The notes under the pieces were generated by a model. The model searched no databases. It saw only the letters and a list, made by a program, of their open reading frames with translations, and was not told where the DNA came from. DNA of 64,000 nt from IMG/VR virus record IMGVR_UViG_2721755758_000001, positions 8,709 to 72,708 of that record. One strand, 5' to 3'. Below are positions 1 through 10,249 of the stretch, in pieces. The translations under genes were made by a program, and so were the position numbers. Position 1 is the first letter of the stretch. Each line of letters starts with the position of its first letter. Source of the stretch: a virus (Duplodnaviria; Caudoviricetes).

Positions 1-352
1 TGAGCCTTTAGGATTTCTTATATATCATCCATCAATAGGTAAAATATTATTTGCTACAGATACTTATTATTTAGAATATAAATTTAATGATTGTGACTAT
101 ATAATGATTGAATGTAATTATGATGAAGATATTTTGCATCAGCTTCCTTCCTGGAGGGCACGAACAATTAAAAGCCATATGAGTATGCAAACTTGTATTG
201 AAACTCTTAAAACATGGAATTTAAGCAAATGCAAAAATATATTATTAATACATTTAAGCAATGATAATGGTGATCCGGTTAAATTTCAGAAAGAAATTCA
301 AGAACATACTGGCATAGAAACCACTATAGCAAAGAAGGGTGTTGTTATATGA
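1..352 (+). CDS. MBL-fold metallo-hydrolase (5' truncated by window edge)
   Basis: Frame open from base 2: EPLGFLIYH..ILFATDT..MIECNYD..SHMS..LLIHLS, typical phage MBL-fold motifs. Confidence 0.8.
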   Translation, partial: EPLGFLIYHPSIGKILFATDTYYLEYKFNDCDYIMIECNYDEDILHQLPSWRARTIKSHMSMQTCIETLKTWNLSKCKNILLIHLSNDNGDPVKFQKEIQEHTGIETTIAKKGVVI

Positions 353-659
353 AATATATTGATAAAGAAAAGTCTAACTATATTGAAAATAATGGAGACA
401 TATTAGCTTGCAAATATTATCATAGTTTTGCTTATCCTAATGGAATTGAATCAATTGGTGATTGTGGTTCTGAAAAAGTAAATAATAAAAATTGGGATGT
501 GGAATGTATACCATAACTAAAGTAATTACAAATATAAAAGCTAAAAGAATAGAAATAGATGGTCAATGCAGTATGTTCTAATTAATAATAATATTGGTAT
601 CACTATTATGTTCTATATGCTTTCATAAAATAAATAAAAAGGTTAAATAATATTTTTGA

Positions 660-707
660 GTTTTGTCTTGCAAAACTATTGACTTTTTAGTTTTGTAGGA
701 CTAAACT
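660..707 (+). promoter_or_regulatory. sigma-A promoter overlapped by two operator palindromes
   Basis: TTGACT(679-684)-17bp-TAAACT(702-707); GTTTTG-N5-CAAAAC-type sites at 660-676 and 690-706. Confidence 0.75.
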
Positions 708-757
708 ATAAACATAAGGTCGATATTAAAATAAATCGTAGCATAGAGGTGAACAAT

Positions 758-922
758 ATGATAAGAACAGTAACATCTGCTGGAGGATCTCCGGCCCTAA
801 TAATACCACAAGGTTTTAGAGAAACATTAAATATTAAGTTGGGAGATAAAGTTGACGTTTCTTTAAGTTTAGATGGTAAAATTGAAATTAAACCAATTAA
901 TAACGAGTATGGAAACAAATAA
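758..922 (+). CDS. AbrB/MazE/SpoVT-family DNA-binding protein (54 aa, not in ORF track)
   Basis: RBS GAGGTG; MIRTVTSAGGSPALIIPQGFRETLNIKLGDKVDVSLSLDGKIEIKP fits swapped-hairpin pattern IP..R..L.I..GD.V. Confidence 0.8.
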   Translation: MIRTVTSAGGSPALIIPQGFRETLNIKLGDKVDVSLSLDGKIEIKPINNEYGNK

Positions 923-1003
923 ATAACACTAATAGTTAAAAGTTCAAAGGAAATTATTGGAATATATATGGATGGAGATATTAAATAAAGAAAGGGACTG
1001 CTA

Positions 1004-1777
1004 ATGAAATATACTATACAAGGATTTAATCACGAAGAAATAATCAATTTACGATTAACAAGTGATGAAATAACTTTATTAAGATGGTTTGTAGATTTTA
1101 GAAATACCGAATCTATGACTGAACATTTTGATAAAGAAGAAAATAGAACTTACTATTGGATACTATATGATAAAGCGATTGAAGATTTGAAATATATGTT
1201 TACAAGCGACAAAGAGGACTCTAATAAGAAAAAATTACAAAGACTTTTAAATGGAAATTTATCTAAAATACTTGATAAAAAAATAATTAAAAATAAAAAG
1301 GGAACTTACACATATTTCGCATTAAATAAAAAAGTTTATTCAGAATTATTATCTAAGAGCACCGGACAAAAATGTCTTGTGCAAGAAGAACCCACTGGAC
1401 AAAAATGTCCACCCATAAGCACTGGACAAAAATGTCCGATGCCCACTGGACAAAAATGTCCACCCAAAGATACTTCTATTAATATATATTCTATTAATAA
1501 TAATTCTATTAGTAAGTCAAAAATCATTTTTAATTATTTAGAACAAAAAAATATAAGATTATCAAGTATAGATATAGCAAACGTAAATGAAGATTTGAAT
1601 ATATACGATAAAGATATTTTTATTAAAGCTATAGATGAAACTATAAGTAAAGATATATTTTCTTATAATTATACTAGAAAAATATTGCAGAGTTTACATT
1701 CTAAAAAACAAAAGAAAGATGAAAATTTAAATAATTTTAATGAGGCAATGCAAAATTTAATACAAAAGGAAGGATAA
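1004..1777 (+). CDS. Phage replication initiator (DnaD-like C-terminus)
   Basis: Internal TGQKCP repeats coincide with DNA iterons; C-terminal YxxKIL motif; upstream of loader and helicase. Confidence 0.8.
   Translation: MKYTIQGFNHEEIINLRLTSDEITLLRWFVDFRNTESMTEHFDKEENRTYYWILYDKAIEDLKYMFTSDKEDSNKKKLQRLLNGNLSKILDKKIIKNKKGTYTYFALNKKVYSELLSKSTGQKCLVQEEPTGQKCPPISTGQKCPMPTGQKCPPKDTSINIYSINNNSISKSKIIFNYLEQKNIRLSSIDIANVNEDLNIYDKDIFIKAIDETISKDIFSYNYTRKILQSLHSKKQKKDENLNNFNEAMQNLIQKEG
1360..1512. repeat. Replication origin: 4 iterons plus AT-rich unwinding region
   Basis: CAC(T/C)GGACAAAAATGTC at 1360, 1393, 1420, 1444 (palindromic GGACA-N4-TGTCC core), followed by 3x TTCTATTA. Confidence 0.8.
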
Positions 1778-1780
1778 TTT

Positions 1781-2038
1781 ATGAAAATTAATGAATTTGC
1801 AGAATTTATGGTATATATAAAGAAATTATTTCCTAGCGTAATATTACCTGATGATGAAGAAGTGATATTAGTATGGTATAAATCATTTGAAGATATTTCA
1901 TTGAAAATAGCAAAAGAAATGGCAAATAATTATTTTTCAAATGAATCAAAAGAATTTAATTATGCAAGATTACTTAAATGTAAGCCTGAGCAGAGAATTA
2001 ATGCATCAGCATATGAACCTTTTAAATATGACAACTAG
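1781..2038 (+). CDS. Helicase loader/inhibitor (G39P-like)
   Basis: Lies between initiator and DnaB; EF..F...IK.LFP....W...F.D pattern. Confidence 0.55.
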   Translation: MKINEFAEFMVYIKKLFPSVILPDDEEVILVWYKSFEDISLKIAKEMANNYFSNESKEFNYARLLKCKPEQRINASAYEPFKYDN

Positions 2039-2050
2039 GATGTGATTTAA

Positions 2051-3358
2051 ATGGAAATGAAAACTCTACCAAATGATTTAAGATGTGAGCAAGAGATATT
2101 AGAAGCTATGTTTAATAATAAAAATTCTTTAATGAAAGTTATAGATGAAGTTGAAGCTGAAGATTTTTATAAAACTGCACATCAATTACTATTTTCTACT
2201 ATATGCAAAATGTATGGTGAAGGAAAAGAATTAGAATTGACTTTGATAATTGATGAATTAGGGAAAGAGAATATTGAAAAAATAGGTGGAATAACATATT
2301 TAACAGAAATAATAAGTAATGGGATAACATCTAATATAGAACAATATATAAAGATACTTAAAGATAAATCATATAGAAGGAAATCTATAAAAGCATTAAC
2401 TAGAGCACTTGAAGATATGTATGATGAAAGAAACAATCCATATGAGATTTCAGAATTAACAACTAATAAACTTACAGAAAAAGTTGAGAATAAATCATCA
2501 GTAAAAACAGATAGAGAACTGATGGAAGAAACTCTTGTAAAAATAGAAAAAAGAGTAAATCAAGGTGGAGATACTCCAGGGATGCAAACAGGTATAAAAG
2601 ATTTAGATAAAGCTACAGGTGGATTTGAAAAAGGGGAATTAAATATAATAGCAGCTAGACCATCAATGGGAAAAACAGTAACAGTATTAAACTTATTAGA
2701 TGGACTTTCCCAAAATGGATATAAAGTATTTTTAGCTGAATTAGAAATGACAGAAGAAGCACTTGGAATAAGAAGACTAGCTAATAATGCTACTGTAGAA
2801 GCAAATAGAATGAAATTTGGAAATATGCAACAAGAAGATTTTAATAAAATATTACAAGCAGCTAGTATACTTGGACATAGAAATAATATATTTACTGATT
2901 GTACATCTAATCAAAGTTTATTAAATATAAAAAGCAAAGCTAAAGCGATAAAACAATCTCATGGATTAGATGTTGTTATAATAGATCATTTAACAATAAT
3001 GAATATACCTAATAGACAAACAAGAGATGTTGCTATAGGAGAAATAACAAAAGGACTTAAATCATTAGCAAAAGATTTAGAAATATCAGTAATACTATTA
3101 TGCCAACTTTCTCGTGCTCCTGAACAGAGGGCAGATCACAGACCAATGTTATCAGACCTTAGAGAGTCCGGAAATATAGAGCAAGATGCAGATACTGTTA
3201 TTATGCTATATAGAGATGAATATTACAATAAAGAAACAGAAGATAAGAATATAATGGAGTGTATAATAACTAAACAGAGAAATGGGGCGACAGGGACAGT
3301 GAAACTATTCTACAGTTCAGATTATCAAAGGATATGTGACTTAGATATAGTCCACTAA
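2051..3358 (+). CDS. dnaB: Replicative DNA helicase DnaB
   Basis: AARPSMGKT Walker A, IIDHL, QLSR, DLRESGNIEQDAD. Confidence 0.97.
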   Translation: MEMKTLPNDLRCEQEILEAMFNNKNSLMKVIDEVEAEDFYKTAHQLLFSTICKMYGEGKELELTLIIDELGKENIEKIGGITYLTEIISNGITSNIEQYIKILKDKSYRRKSIKALTRALEDMYDERNNPYEISELTTNKLTEKVENKSSVKTDRELMEETLVKIEKRVNQGGDTPGMQTGIKDLDKATGGFEKGELNIIAARPSMGKTVTVLNLLDGLSQNGYKVFLAELEMTEEALGIRRLANNATVEANRMKFGNMQQEDFNKILQAASILGHRNNIFTDCTSNQSLLNIKSKAKAIKQSHGLDVVIIDHLTIMNIPNRQTRDVAIGEITKGLKSLAKDLEISVILLCQLSRAPEQRADHRPMLSDLRESGNIEQDADTVIMLYRDEYYNKETEDKNIMECIITKQRNGATGTVKLFYSSDYQRICDLDIVH

Positions 3359-3564
3359 TAATTATGGATATAAAAGATAGAATTATGAGAATTAAAAAAA
3401 TATATAATAAAGCATCTAAAGAAACAAAGATAGAAATTGGTAATATTATCGGAGGTTACTATGATAATAGGGTACCTAAAACAAATGAAACACCAGATAA
3501 ATGAATTAAAGCATAAGAAGAATGCAAGCTAATAAATAATTAGCCTATTTAAACACGCACATCG

Positions 3565-3581
3565 GTTTTGTGATACAAAAC
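3565..3581. promoter_or_regulatory. Operator palindrome copy
   Basis: GTTTTGTGATACAAAAC. Confidence 0.6.
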
Positions 3582-3789
3582 TAGAAACACTAATGATAAA
3601 TCTATCAAGAGAAAAAATAAAAGCCTTAGAATGGCAAATAAAGGGGTTTATCATGAGTAAAGAAATTGCAAAAGTTATAAAAGAAAATAATGTTAATGAA
3701 AAAGATATTAAGAAAATAGTTGATATTTATATGAGCATAAAAGAAAGTGTAGTTACATTAGAGAATTTTATGGAAGCCTACAAAAAATT

Positions 3790-4080
3790 ATGAATGAAGA
3801 AGATATAAAGCTATATGAAGATATAGTAATCAGACATAGAAATCTTAGAAGTAATGATCCGGACTACGCTTTCAAATTGTCAATAGACTCACTGCAGATA
3901 TATAACTATTTTTCTGAGATAAAAATGAACATAAAGAAAAGTCTTAAAAGAGGAGAACAGCCTTATCTAAAAGATAGGTTAGAAGAATGTTGCAAAATAC
4001 TTTTTGAAATATATAACTTCTCTAAAATTATTTGGAGACAGGCAAAAGAAGATTATAGAAACAATAAGGAAGATCTATGA
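3790..4080 (+). CDS. Hypothetical phage protein
   Basis: 96-aa ORF translationally coupled (ATGA) on both sides. Confidence 0.6.
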   Translation: MNEEDIKLYEDIVIRHRNLRSNDPDYAFKLSIDSLQIYNYFSEIKMNIKKSLKRGEQPYLKDRLEECCKILFEIYNFSKIIWRQAKEDYRNNKEDL

Positions 4081-4646
4081 AAGTCTTAATCATAAAGGGA
4101 GAAAAGATAGAATTAACAGAAGATGAATGCATAAAACAATTTGAAAAATTAGCATGTAAGTATGCAAATAAGTTTATCGATTATGATTTTGATGAAATGA
4201 AACAACTATCATATATAGCTATATGGAAAGCTTATAAGAAATATGATGCTGATAAAGGTAATGAATTTATTACACTAGCAACAAAATGTATCTATAATGA
4301 TTTATTAAGCTATACCAGTAAAAGAAGCATAGCAGCTATGTATAGTTTAGATAAGAATGTACTAGGACAAAAAGGTTTTGATAGAAGTTATGACTTTTAT
4401 GAAATTGTAGATAATGAAATGTATTATATACAACAAGTGATTGACAAAGTTTTTATAGAAGAAATAGAAAAATTTGTGAAGCAGAGCAGAAGTGAAAATA
4501 GATATAGAGTATTTGAACTTTTAAAACAAGAAAAAACAAATGATGAAATAGCAGCAAAACTTGGATTCACGCATCAAAATGCTACAAGAATAAGAAAAGA
4601 ATTAATTAAATCAGTCAGAAAGGAATTTGATGGAATAAATGGGTAA
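4077..4646 (+). CDS. Sigma-70 family RNA polymerase sigma factor (paralogue 1)
   Basis: Region 2 DEMKQLSYIAIWKAYKKYDADKGNEFITLA; region 4 HTH TNDEIAAKLGFT. Confidence 0.85.
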   Translation: MKVLIIKGEKIELTEDECIKQFEKLACKYANKFIDYDFDEMKQLSYIAIWKAYKKYDADKGNEFITLATKCIYNDLLSYTSKRSIAAMYSLDKNVLGQKGFDRSYDFYEIVDNEMYYIQQVIDKVFIEEIEKFVKQSRSENRYRVFELLKQEKTNDEIAAKLGFTHQNATRIRKELIKSVRKEFDGING

Positions 4647-5208
4647 GGAAATTTTAATAGGTGGAAAGATAGAGCTCCTTACAGAAGATGAAGTTTGTAT
4701 TAAATTTAAACCTATGATAATTAAGGAGGTTAAATCTTGGAGCAAATATTATGACTATGATGATATGTTTCAGATTTCGTATATAGGATTATTAAAAGCT
4801 TATAGGAAATATGATATTAAATTTGGATATAGTTTTTCTACAGTAGCAATTTCTTATATAAGGTATGAAATGTTAAGAGAAACAAGAACTGAAAGAAGAA
4901 GAAAGAAAAAAGGAAAAGTTATATTCTTAAGTTTAAATAAAGTAATAGGGTTTAGCAATAATATTCCAGTTGAAATTGTAGATATTTCAAAAGATAAAGA
5001 AAACATCATAGATAAAGTAGAAAATAAAATATTTTTAACAAAAATAATTAATTCATTGCCAAAAGAAGAAAAGAGAATTATTAAATTAATTTATATGGAA
5101 GATAAAACTCAAGTTCAAGTAGCAAAAGAATTGGATATTACTCAAGTTCAAGTTTCTAGAAAACTAAAAAGAATATTTAAAAATATAAGAGAGCAATTAG
5201 GAGCATGA
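4639..5208 (+). CDS. Sigma-70 family sigma factor, SigB/F/G-like (paralogue 2)
   Basis: DDMFQISYIGLLKAYRKYD..GYSFSTVA; TQVQVAKELDITQVQVSR closely resembles SigF region 4.2. Confidence 0.9.
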   Translation: MGKEILIGGKIELLTEDEVCIKFKPMIIKEVKSWSKYYDYDDMFQISYIGLLKAYRKYDIKFGYSFSTVAISYIRYEMLRETRTERRRKKKGKVIFLSLNKVIGFSNNIPVEIVDISKDKENIIDKVENKIFLTKIINSLPKEEKRIIKLIYMEDKTQVQVAKELDITQVQVSRKLKRIFKNIREQLGA

Positions 5209-5774
5209 AGAGGTTACTTATAGATGGGAAAATAGTTGAAGCAACAGAAGAAGAAATAGTTAGTAATAAAATTATTAAAAAAATAGCTTATAAATATATT
5301 CATCAGTGGGATAGAAAGTATGAATTTGATGATTTAGTTCAAATAGCAAATATAGGAATTATAAAAGCTTTTAGAACAGTAGAAAATGAAAACCGAGAAT
5401 TTACATGCTATGTAGATTTAATAATTAAAAGAGAAATAATACGATACAGCAGAGATTTATGTAGGAAAAAGAGAAGTACAGAAAATTTAATGAGTTTAAA
5501 TTATTCTCCTTGTCAAGAAGGAACTATAGAAGAAATCACATCAGATTCAAAAAATATGGAAGAAGAAATAATAAATAAACTTTTAATAGAAAAAGTAATT
5601 AACACCATCGAAAAAAGTCTTAAAGAAAAAGAGAAAATAGTGTATAGAGAATATTTTTTAAAGGGAAGAGACATCTATGATATATCAACAGAGTTAGGAT
5701 GTAGCCATCAGTATGGATATAGGCTTAAAAATCAAATCAATAATAAAATTAAAAAAATAGTAGGAGAGTGTTAA
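5205..5774 (+). CDS. Sigma-70 family sigma factor (paralogue 3)
   Basis: DDLVQIANIGIIKAF; C-terminal HTH DISTELGCSHQ. Confidence 0.85.
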   Translation: MKRLLIDGKIVEATEEEIVSNKIIKKIAYKYIHQWDRKYEFDDLVQIANIGIIKAFRTVENENREFTCYVDLIIKREIIRYSRDLCRKKRSTENLMSLNYSPCQEGTIEEITSDSKNMEEEIINKLLIEKVINTIEKSLKEKEKIVYREYFLKGRDIYDISTELGCSHQYGYRLKNQINNKIKKIVGEC

Positions 5775-6079
5775 TTATGAAATTACAACCAAAAGAAATT
5801 GAAAGAGAAATAATAGAAGAAATGACAATTACAAAAGAAAAAAGAATCCATGTATACAATGTTGAAGGAGAATATTGGGTAAGTCCATGGACAAAAGAAG
5901 TGACTAATAACTGGATAGAAGAAGAAACTGGAGAATATGATCGCGACATTAAGGAAATGGAAAATGATGAATGTGTATATACAAATTGTACTCATATAAG
6001 AATGGGGATAGATGAAATCAAAGAAGAATTTGCTGGAATAGAAAAACCATATTTATTATGCTGGGGAAACAATAGATAG
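5768..6079 (+). CDS. Hypothetical phage protein
   Basis: ORF with RBS in early operon. Confidence 0.55.
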   Translation: MLIMKLQPKEIEREIIEEMTITKEKRIHVYNVEGEYWVSPWTKEVTNNWIEEETGEYDRDIKEMENDECVYTNCTHIRMGIDEIKEEFAGIEKPYLLCWGNNR

Positions 6080-6262
6080 GGGGAAGCAGTATGAAGTGGG
6101 GAATTTTTCTTAAGACAGTAAAAGGAGAAAAACTTTTAGAATCATCTAGCAATTTATATGCAAGTATAGATAGACAAATATATTTTAGTAAGATACATGG
6201 AGCGGAAAATATAATCAGGAGAAAAATAAGTTAGTAATATTGGTCAGAAAGGGTGTAGGAAG

Positions 6263-6811
6263 ATGAAAGAGTATACATGTAAAAAATCAACATGTGAAAA
6301 ATATGATATTAGATTTAATCGTGGTGAGTGGGCCTTTATAACAATAGATGAATCAACAGGATTATTTCAGGCTCATAGTAGTTTTGGAGATTATAACTAT
6401 TCATGGCCATGTCATGGTAGAGAAAGTTTTAAACATTTCGTTTTAGAACTTGCAGAGGATTCTTATTATTTTCTAGGTAAAGTGTCAAAAGAAGATTATT
6501 TTTATGCAGATAAAACTGAAGAGTTATGGAAAAAACAAATCATAAACGATAGACGTGAAGGGGACTTAAATCAAGAACAGGCTAGAGAATTATGGGATAT
6601 TGTTAATAAAATAGAATTCTATTCGGCTGAAGGATGCCAAAGAGAATTATATGATAATAAAATTGTATGGGAATTATATAGTGAACCTTGGTGCTATTTT
6701 GAAGCAGTAGTTGATTATTCTCCTAGCGCAAAGTATTTTGCTAAAAATATTATGCCAATGCTTGCAGAAACAATTAAAAAAGAACTAGAACAAAGTGAGG
6801 TAGAACAGTAA
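6263..6811 (+). CDS. Hypothetical phage protein
   Basis: 182-aa ORF with RBS. Confidence 0.6.
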   Translation: MKEYTCKKSTCEKYDIRFNRGEWAFITIDESTGLFQAHSSFGDYNYSWPCHGRESFKHFVLELAEDSYYFLGKVSKEDYFYADKTEELWKKQIINDRREGDLNQEQARELWDIVNKIEFYSAEGCQRELYDNKIVWELYSEPWCYFEAVVDYSPSAKYFAKNIMPMLAETIKKELEQSEVEQ

Positions 6812-7332
6812 TGGTAAAAGTAGAAATAGAAAAAGGAAATATAAAAGAATGTGAATACAAGGGTATGGCAGGAGAAGTACTCGGAGAATTAGCAGTAGTT
6901 ATAGATTCGGTTATATCTGATATAGGATCTAAATCAAATAAAAGTAAGGAATATATATTAGATGCTACAGTGGAGGAATTAAAAAAGATATGGAGACATC
7001 TTGACCTAGAAAAAAGAGTTGATTTTTATGAATTTAACAATTATGAGTATTATGCATTAATTGCAGTTGATAAAAATTGTAGGGATCCTAAAGGGATTGC
7101 AATAGAAGAGTATTCTAAGCAAGTTGCAGATATAGAGGAAGAAGAAAAAGAAAATACACCGGATGTAGTGACAGGAGAGCATGCACTTGAAAGATATAAA
7201 AAGAGTGAGCACATTGAAGGATGTAACACTGAAGAAGATAAAATAGAAGATTTTTATTATCAAATAAGTTTAATAGATACTATTAAATATAATCCATACT
7301 GCATTTTATTGGTGGATGGAAGTTTACTTTAA
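6811..7332 (+). CDS. Hypothetical phage protein
   Basis: 173-aa ORF coupled to upstream gene. Confidence 0.55.
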   Translation: MVKVEIEKGNIKECEYKGMAGEVLGELAVVIDSVISDIGSKSNKSKEYILDATVEELKKIWRHLDLEKRVDFYEFNNYEYYALIAVDKNCRDPKGIAIEEYSKQVADIEEEEKENTPDVVTGEHALERYKKSEHIEGCNTEEDKIEDFYYQISLIDTIKYNPYCILLVDGSLL

Positions 7333-7365
7333 TTCAGAATATGTGCATAGAAAGGAGTGAATATA

Positions 7366-7524
7366 ATGTTATTTGATAGAACTTTAGATCTTATGAATAA
7401 ATATGGAAAATGTCCTGAATGCGGAAATGGTGAAGGTAAGTTATTAATAGATGAGGATGTATTTACAAGAGAATGTAAGTGTGGTTGGAGTATTAAGATT
7501 GATGATAGTAATAAATCAAAGTAA
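7366..7524 (+). CDS. Small Zn-ribbon protein (DUF3797-like, 52 aa, not in ORF track)
   Basis: RBS AGGAG; CPECGNGEGKL...RECKCGW. Confidence 0.6.
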   Translation: MLFDRTLDLMNKYGKCPECGNGEGKLLIDEDVFTRECKCGWSIKIDDSNKSK

Positions 7525-7553
7525 TTCGGAATGTACGGAAAGGACGAAGCAAT

Positions 7554-7934
7554 ATGAAAGCTTATACAATATATGAGTATAGCGATTGGGGATTCACAGA
7601 ACATGAAGAATATGCTCTTAAATATGATAAAGCTATACAAATATTAAATTCAAAAGTAAAAGACGCTATAAGAAAAAACAAAGAGGATTTAGCAACAGGG
7701 AATGACTTTGGAGAATTTGTACAAGATACAAGGAAATATATTAATGATTCAAAATCTTTTAGGGAGGATGATAGAGTTATAGTGTGTAGGCACGAACCTT
7801 ATGTAATGACCTATAGTGAAGATGAAAAAGAAATTGCAGTTGTGATTCCAGTATGGGAAAAGACATCATATGAATATGAAGAATATGACGTAAGAGTAAT
7901 AAAATTTATTCTTAAAGAAATAGAAATTCAATAG
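7554..7934 (+). CDS. Hypothetical phage protein
   Basis: 126-aa ORF. Confidence 0.55.
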   Translation: MKAYTIYEYSDWGFTEHEEYALKYDKAIQILNSKVKDAIRKNKEDLATGNDFGEFVQDTRKYINDSKSFREDDRVIVCRHEPYVMTYSEDEKEIAVVIPVWEKTSYEYEEYDVRVIKFILKEIEIQ

Positions 7935-7962
7935 TTCGAAATACTTTAAAAATGAGAAAAAA

Positions 7963-8187
7963 ATGAACAGAAAACAATTAGAACAATATTTTAAAAAATA
8001 TGTAAAAATAAAACTGTTTGATGGAGAAGAAATTGAAGGTTATTTAAGAAAAAGTGGGGAAGATGACTTTAAAAATAATCCTGATTTATTCATTCCTAAA
8101 AATTATTATTTTTTAGTAGATAAAGGGTTAAATTATACATCTTGTTTATTCAAAGTATCTCATATACGAAAAATAGAAATTATGTAG
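7963..8187 (+). CDS. Small Sm/SH3-like phage protein
   Basis: VKIKLFDGEEIEGYL...FKVSHIRKIE. Confidence 0.5.
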   Translation: MNRKQLEQYFKKYVKIKLFDGEEIEGYLRKSGEDDFKNNPDLFIPKNYYFLVDKGLNYTSCLFKVSHIRKIEIM

Positions 8188-8202
8188 AAAGGGTAAAGAA
8201 AA

Positions 8203-9027
8203 ATGTATAAAGCAAATAAAATTTATAGAAGAAACTTAGAGAATCTAATAAATTCAGAATATACAACAAAAGGACATAAAGTAAGGCCTAAATATAGTGA
8301 TGGAGTTGCTGCTCATACAAAGTTTATAAATAATGTTTCAGATACGTATGATATATCAAAAGGAGAATTTCCAATAGATAATTTTAGACCAGTAGCTTGG
8401 AAATCTGCAATAAATGAAGTATTAGTAATATATCAAAGTCAGTCTAATAAACTAGAAGATTTTCATGACAAGAATATAAAATTTTGGGATGAATGGGATA
8501 TAGGTGATGGAACCATAGGGCAAAGATACGGTGCAACTGTTAAAAAATATGACTTAATGAATAAATTGATAACTGGATTAAAAGAAGAACCATATAGTCG
8601 TAGACATATAATCAATATGTATCAATATTCAGATTTTAAAGAAACAAAAGGTTTAAATCCATGCGTTTATGAAACTGTATGGAATGTCAGAGGACCATAT
8701 TTAGATGTATTTATAAATCAACGATCAAGTGATTATGTGACATCTGAATGTATTAATAGATTACAATACTGTGCTCTGTTAATGATGGTTGCTAAGTCGG
8801 TTGGATTAAAGCCGGGATTATTTACTTATAATGTGTGTAATATGCATCTATATGACAGGCATGAAAATAATGCTAAGGAACTATTATCGAGAAATCCAGC
8901 TAATAAGCAGCCTAAATTAATACTTGATACTAATAAAACAGATTTCTATTCATTTACGATTGATGATTTTAAATTAATAGATTTTGAATGTTATTATCCT
9001 CAACTTAAATTTGAGTTAGCAATATAA
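8203..9027 (+). CDS. thyA: Thymidylate synthase
   Basis: SRRHI, LNPC catalytic Cys, QRSSD, HLYDRH, C-terminal ELAI. Confidence 0.95.
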   Translation: MYKANKIYRRNLENLINSEYTTKGHKVRPKYSDGVAAHTKFINNVSDTYDISKGEFPIDNFRPVAWKSAINEVLVIYQSQSNKLEDFHDKNIKFWDEWDIGDGTIGQRYGATVKKYDLMNKLITGLKEEPYSRRHIINMYQYSDFKETKGLNPCVYETVWNVRGPYLDVFINQRSSDYVTSECINRLQYCALLMMVAKSVGLKPGLFTYNVCNMHLYDRHENNAKELLSRNPANKQPKLILDTNKTDFYSFTIDDFKLIDFECYYPQLKFELAI

Positions 9028-9030
9028 AAA

Positions 9031-9540
9031 GTGGGTGATGGAATGATATTAGCAATAGATCCAGGCGATATGGAAAGCGGAGTTGTAATTCTAGAAGAGC
9101 AGACATTAAAACCTATTTTTGCAGAAAAAATGGACAATGAGGAACTTTTAAAATATATTTATGAAAAATTAGAGCCATTTAATCTATATTTCCATGTAGC
9201 AATAGAAATGATCGCAAGTTATGGAATGCCTGTTGGAGTAGAAGTATTTGAAACATGTGTATGGATAGGAAGATTCAAAGAAGCAATACTTAATGTTTAT
9301 CCTGGCGTCGAAATTGAGTATATATACAGAAAAGATGAAAAAATGAATTTATGTCAAAGCATGAAAGCTAATGATGCAACAATAAAACAAGCATTAGTTG
9401 ATAGATTTGCACCAGGACAAAAGAACTATGGAAAAGGTACAAAGAAAAATCCTGGATTCTTTTATGGATTCAAAGTTGATATATGGGCTGCAATGGCAGT
9501 AGGAGTTACTTATTATGATATGTATTTGAAGAATAACTAA
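9031..9540 (+). CDS. RuvC-like Holliday junction resolvase
   Basis: ILAIDPG, VAIEM, DIWAAMAV. Confidence 0.75.
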   Translation: MGDGMILAIDPGDMESGVVILEEQTLKPIFAEKMDNEELLKYIYEKLEPFNLYFHVAIEMIASYGMPVGVEVFETCVWIGRFKEAILNVYPGVEIEYIYRKDEKMNLCQSMKANDATIKQALVDRFAPGQKNYGKGTKKNPGFFYGFKVDIWAAMAVGVTYYDMYLKNN

Positions 9541-9625
9541 ATTTATAAATGAACTTAAAAAGAGGTGTACAAAAGATAAAAAATGAGATTATTAATAAGT
9601 TTAGTTGAGGTGTTAGAATTATAAT

Positions 9626-10249
9626 ATGGGTAAAATAGAAGATCTTAAAGGAATGCGATATGGAAAATTAACTGTAATTAAATTCGTGGAAATAAATAAA
9701 AATCATAGAGCTTCATAGCTATGCAAGTGTGATTGTGGTAAGGAAAAGCTGGTAGCGTCACATGATTTAAAGCATGGAATAAAAAGTTGTGGATGCTTAA
9801 AAAAAGAAAATAAAGTTTTAAATAAAAGAATACACAATATATGGAACAATATGATAAATAGATGCTGCAATCCCAATAATAAAAGATATTATGATTACGG
9901 AGGAAGAGGAATAAAACTTTGCAGTGAATGGAGAAACAAATACAAGAATTTTGAAAAATGGGCATTAAACAATGGATATTCAGATGATTTAACTATAGAT
10001 AGGAAAGATAACAACAAAGGATATTATCCAAAAAACTGTAGATGGATTACACGTAAAGAAAACTCAAGAAATATGAGAAATAACCGTTTCATAACAATAG
10101 ACGGATGTAAAAAAACATTACAAGAATGGTCTGAAATATATAGTATAAGGTCTTGTACTGTAGCAACAAGGATAAGAAGAGGATGGAATGAAATAGAAGC
10201 TGTAACAACACCAGTAAAAAATAAAAAAGGAAAAGTTTTAAATGGATAA
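9626..10249 (+). pseudogene. HNH homing-type endonuclease with one in-frame TAG (9716-9718)
   Basis: MGKIEDLKGMRYGKLTVI...RAS*LCKCDCG..KSCGC..YGGRGI..TIDRKDNNKGYYPKNCRW in a single frame. Confidence 0.8.

Noticed and set aside
349-581. Small ORF that appears to continue in another frame
   Set aside because: Probably a decayed small gene; too little evidence for programmed frameshifting.
706-918. Short minus-strand ORFs in the track (this one and many others up to 57911)
   Set aside because: They are antisense shadows of well-supported + strand genes, with no RBS or motifs.
8203-10249. Intron in thyA or intron-encoded HNH
   Set aside because: thyA is a continuous ORF and the HNH genes are free-standing.
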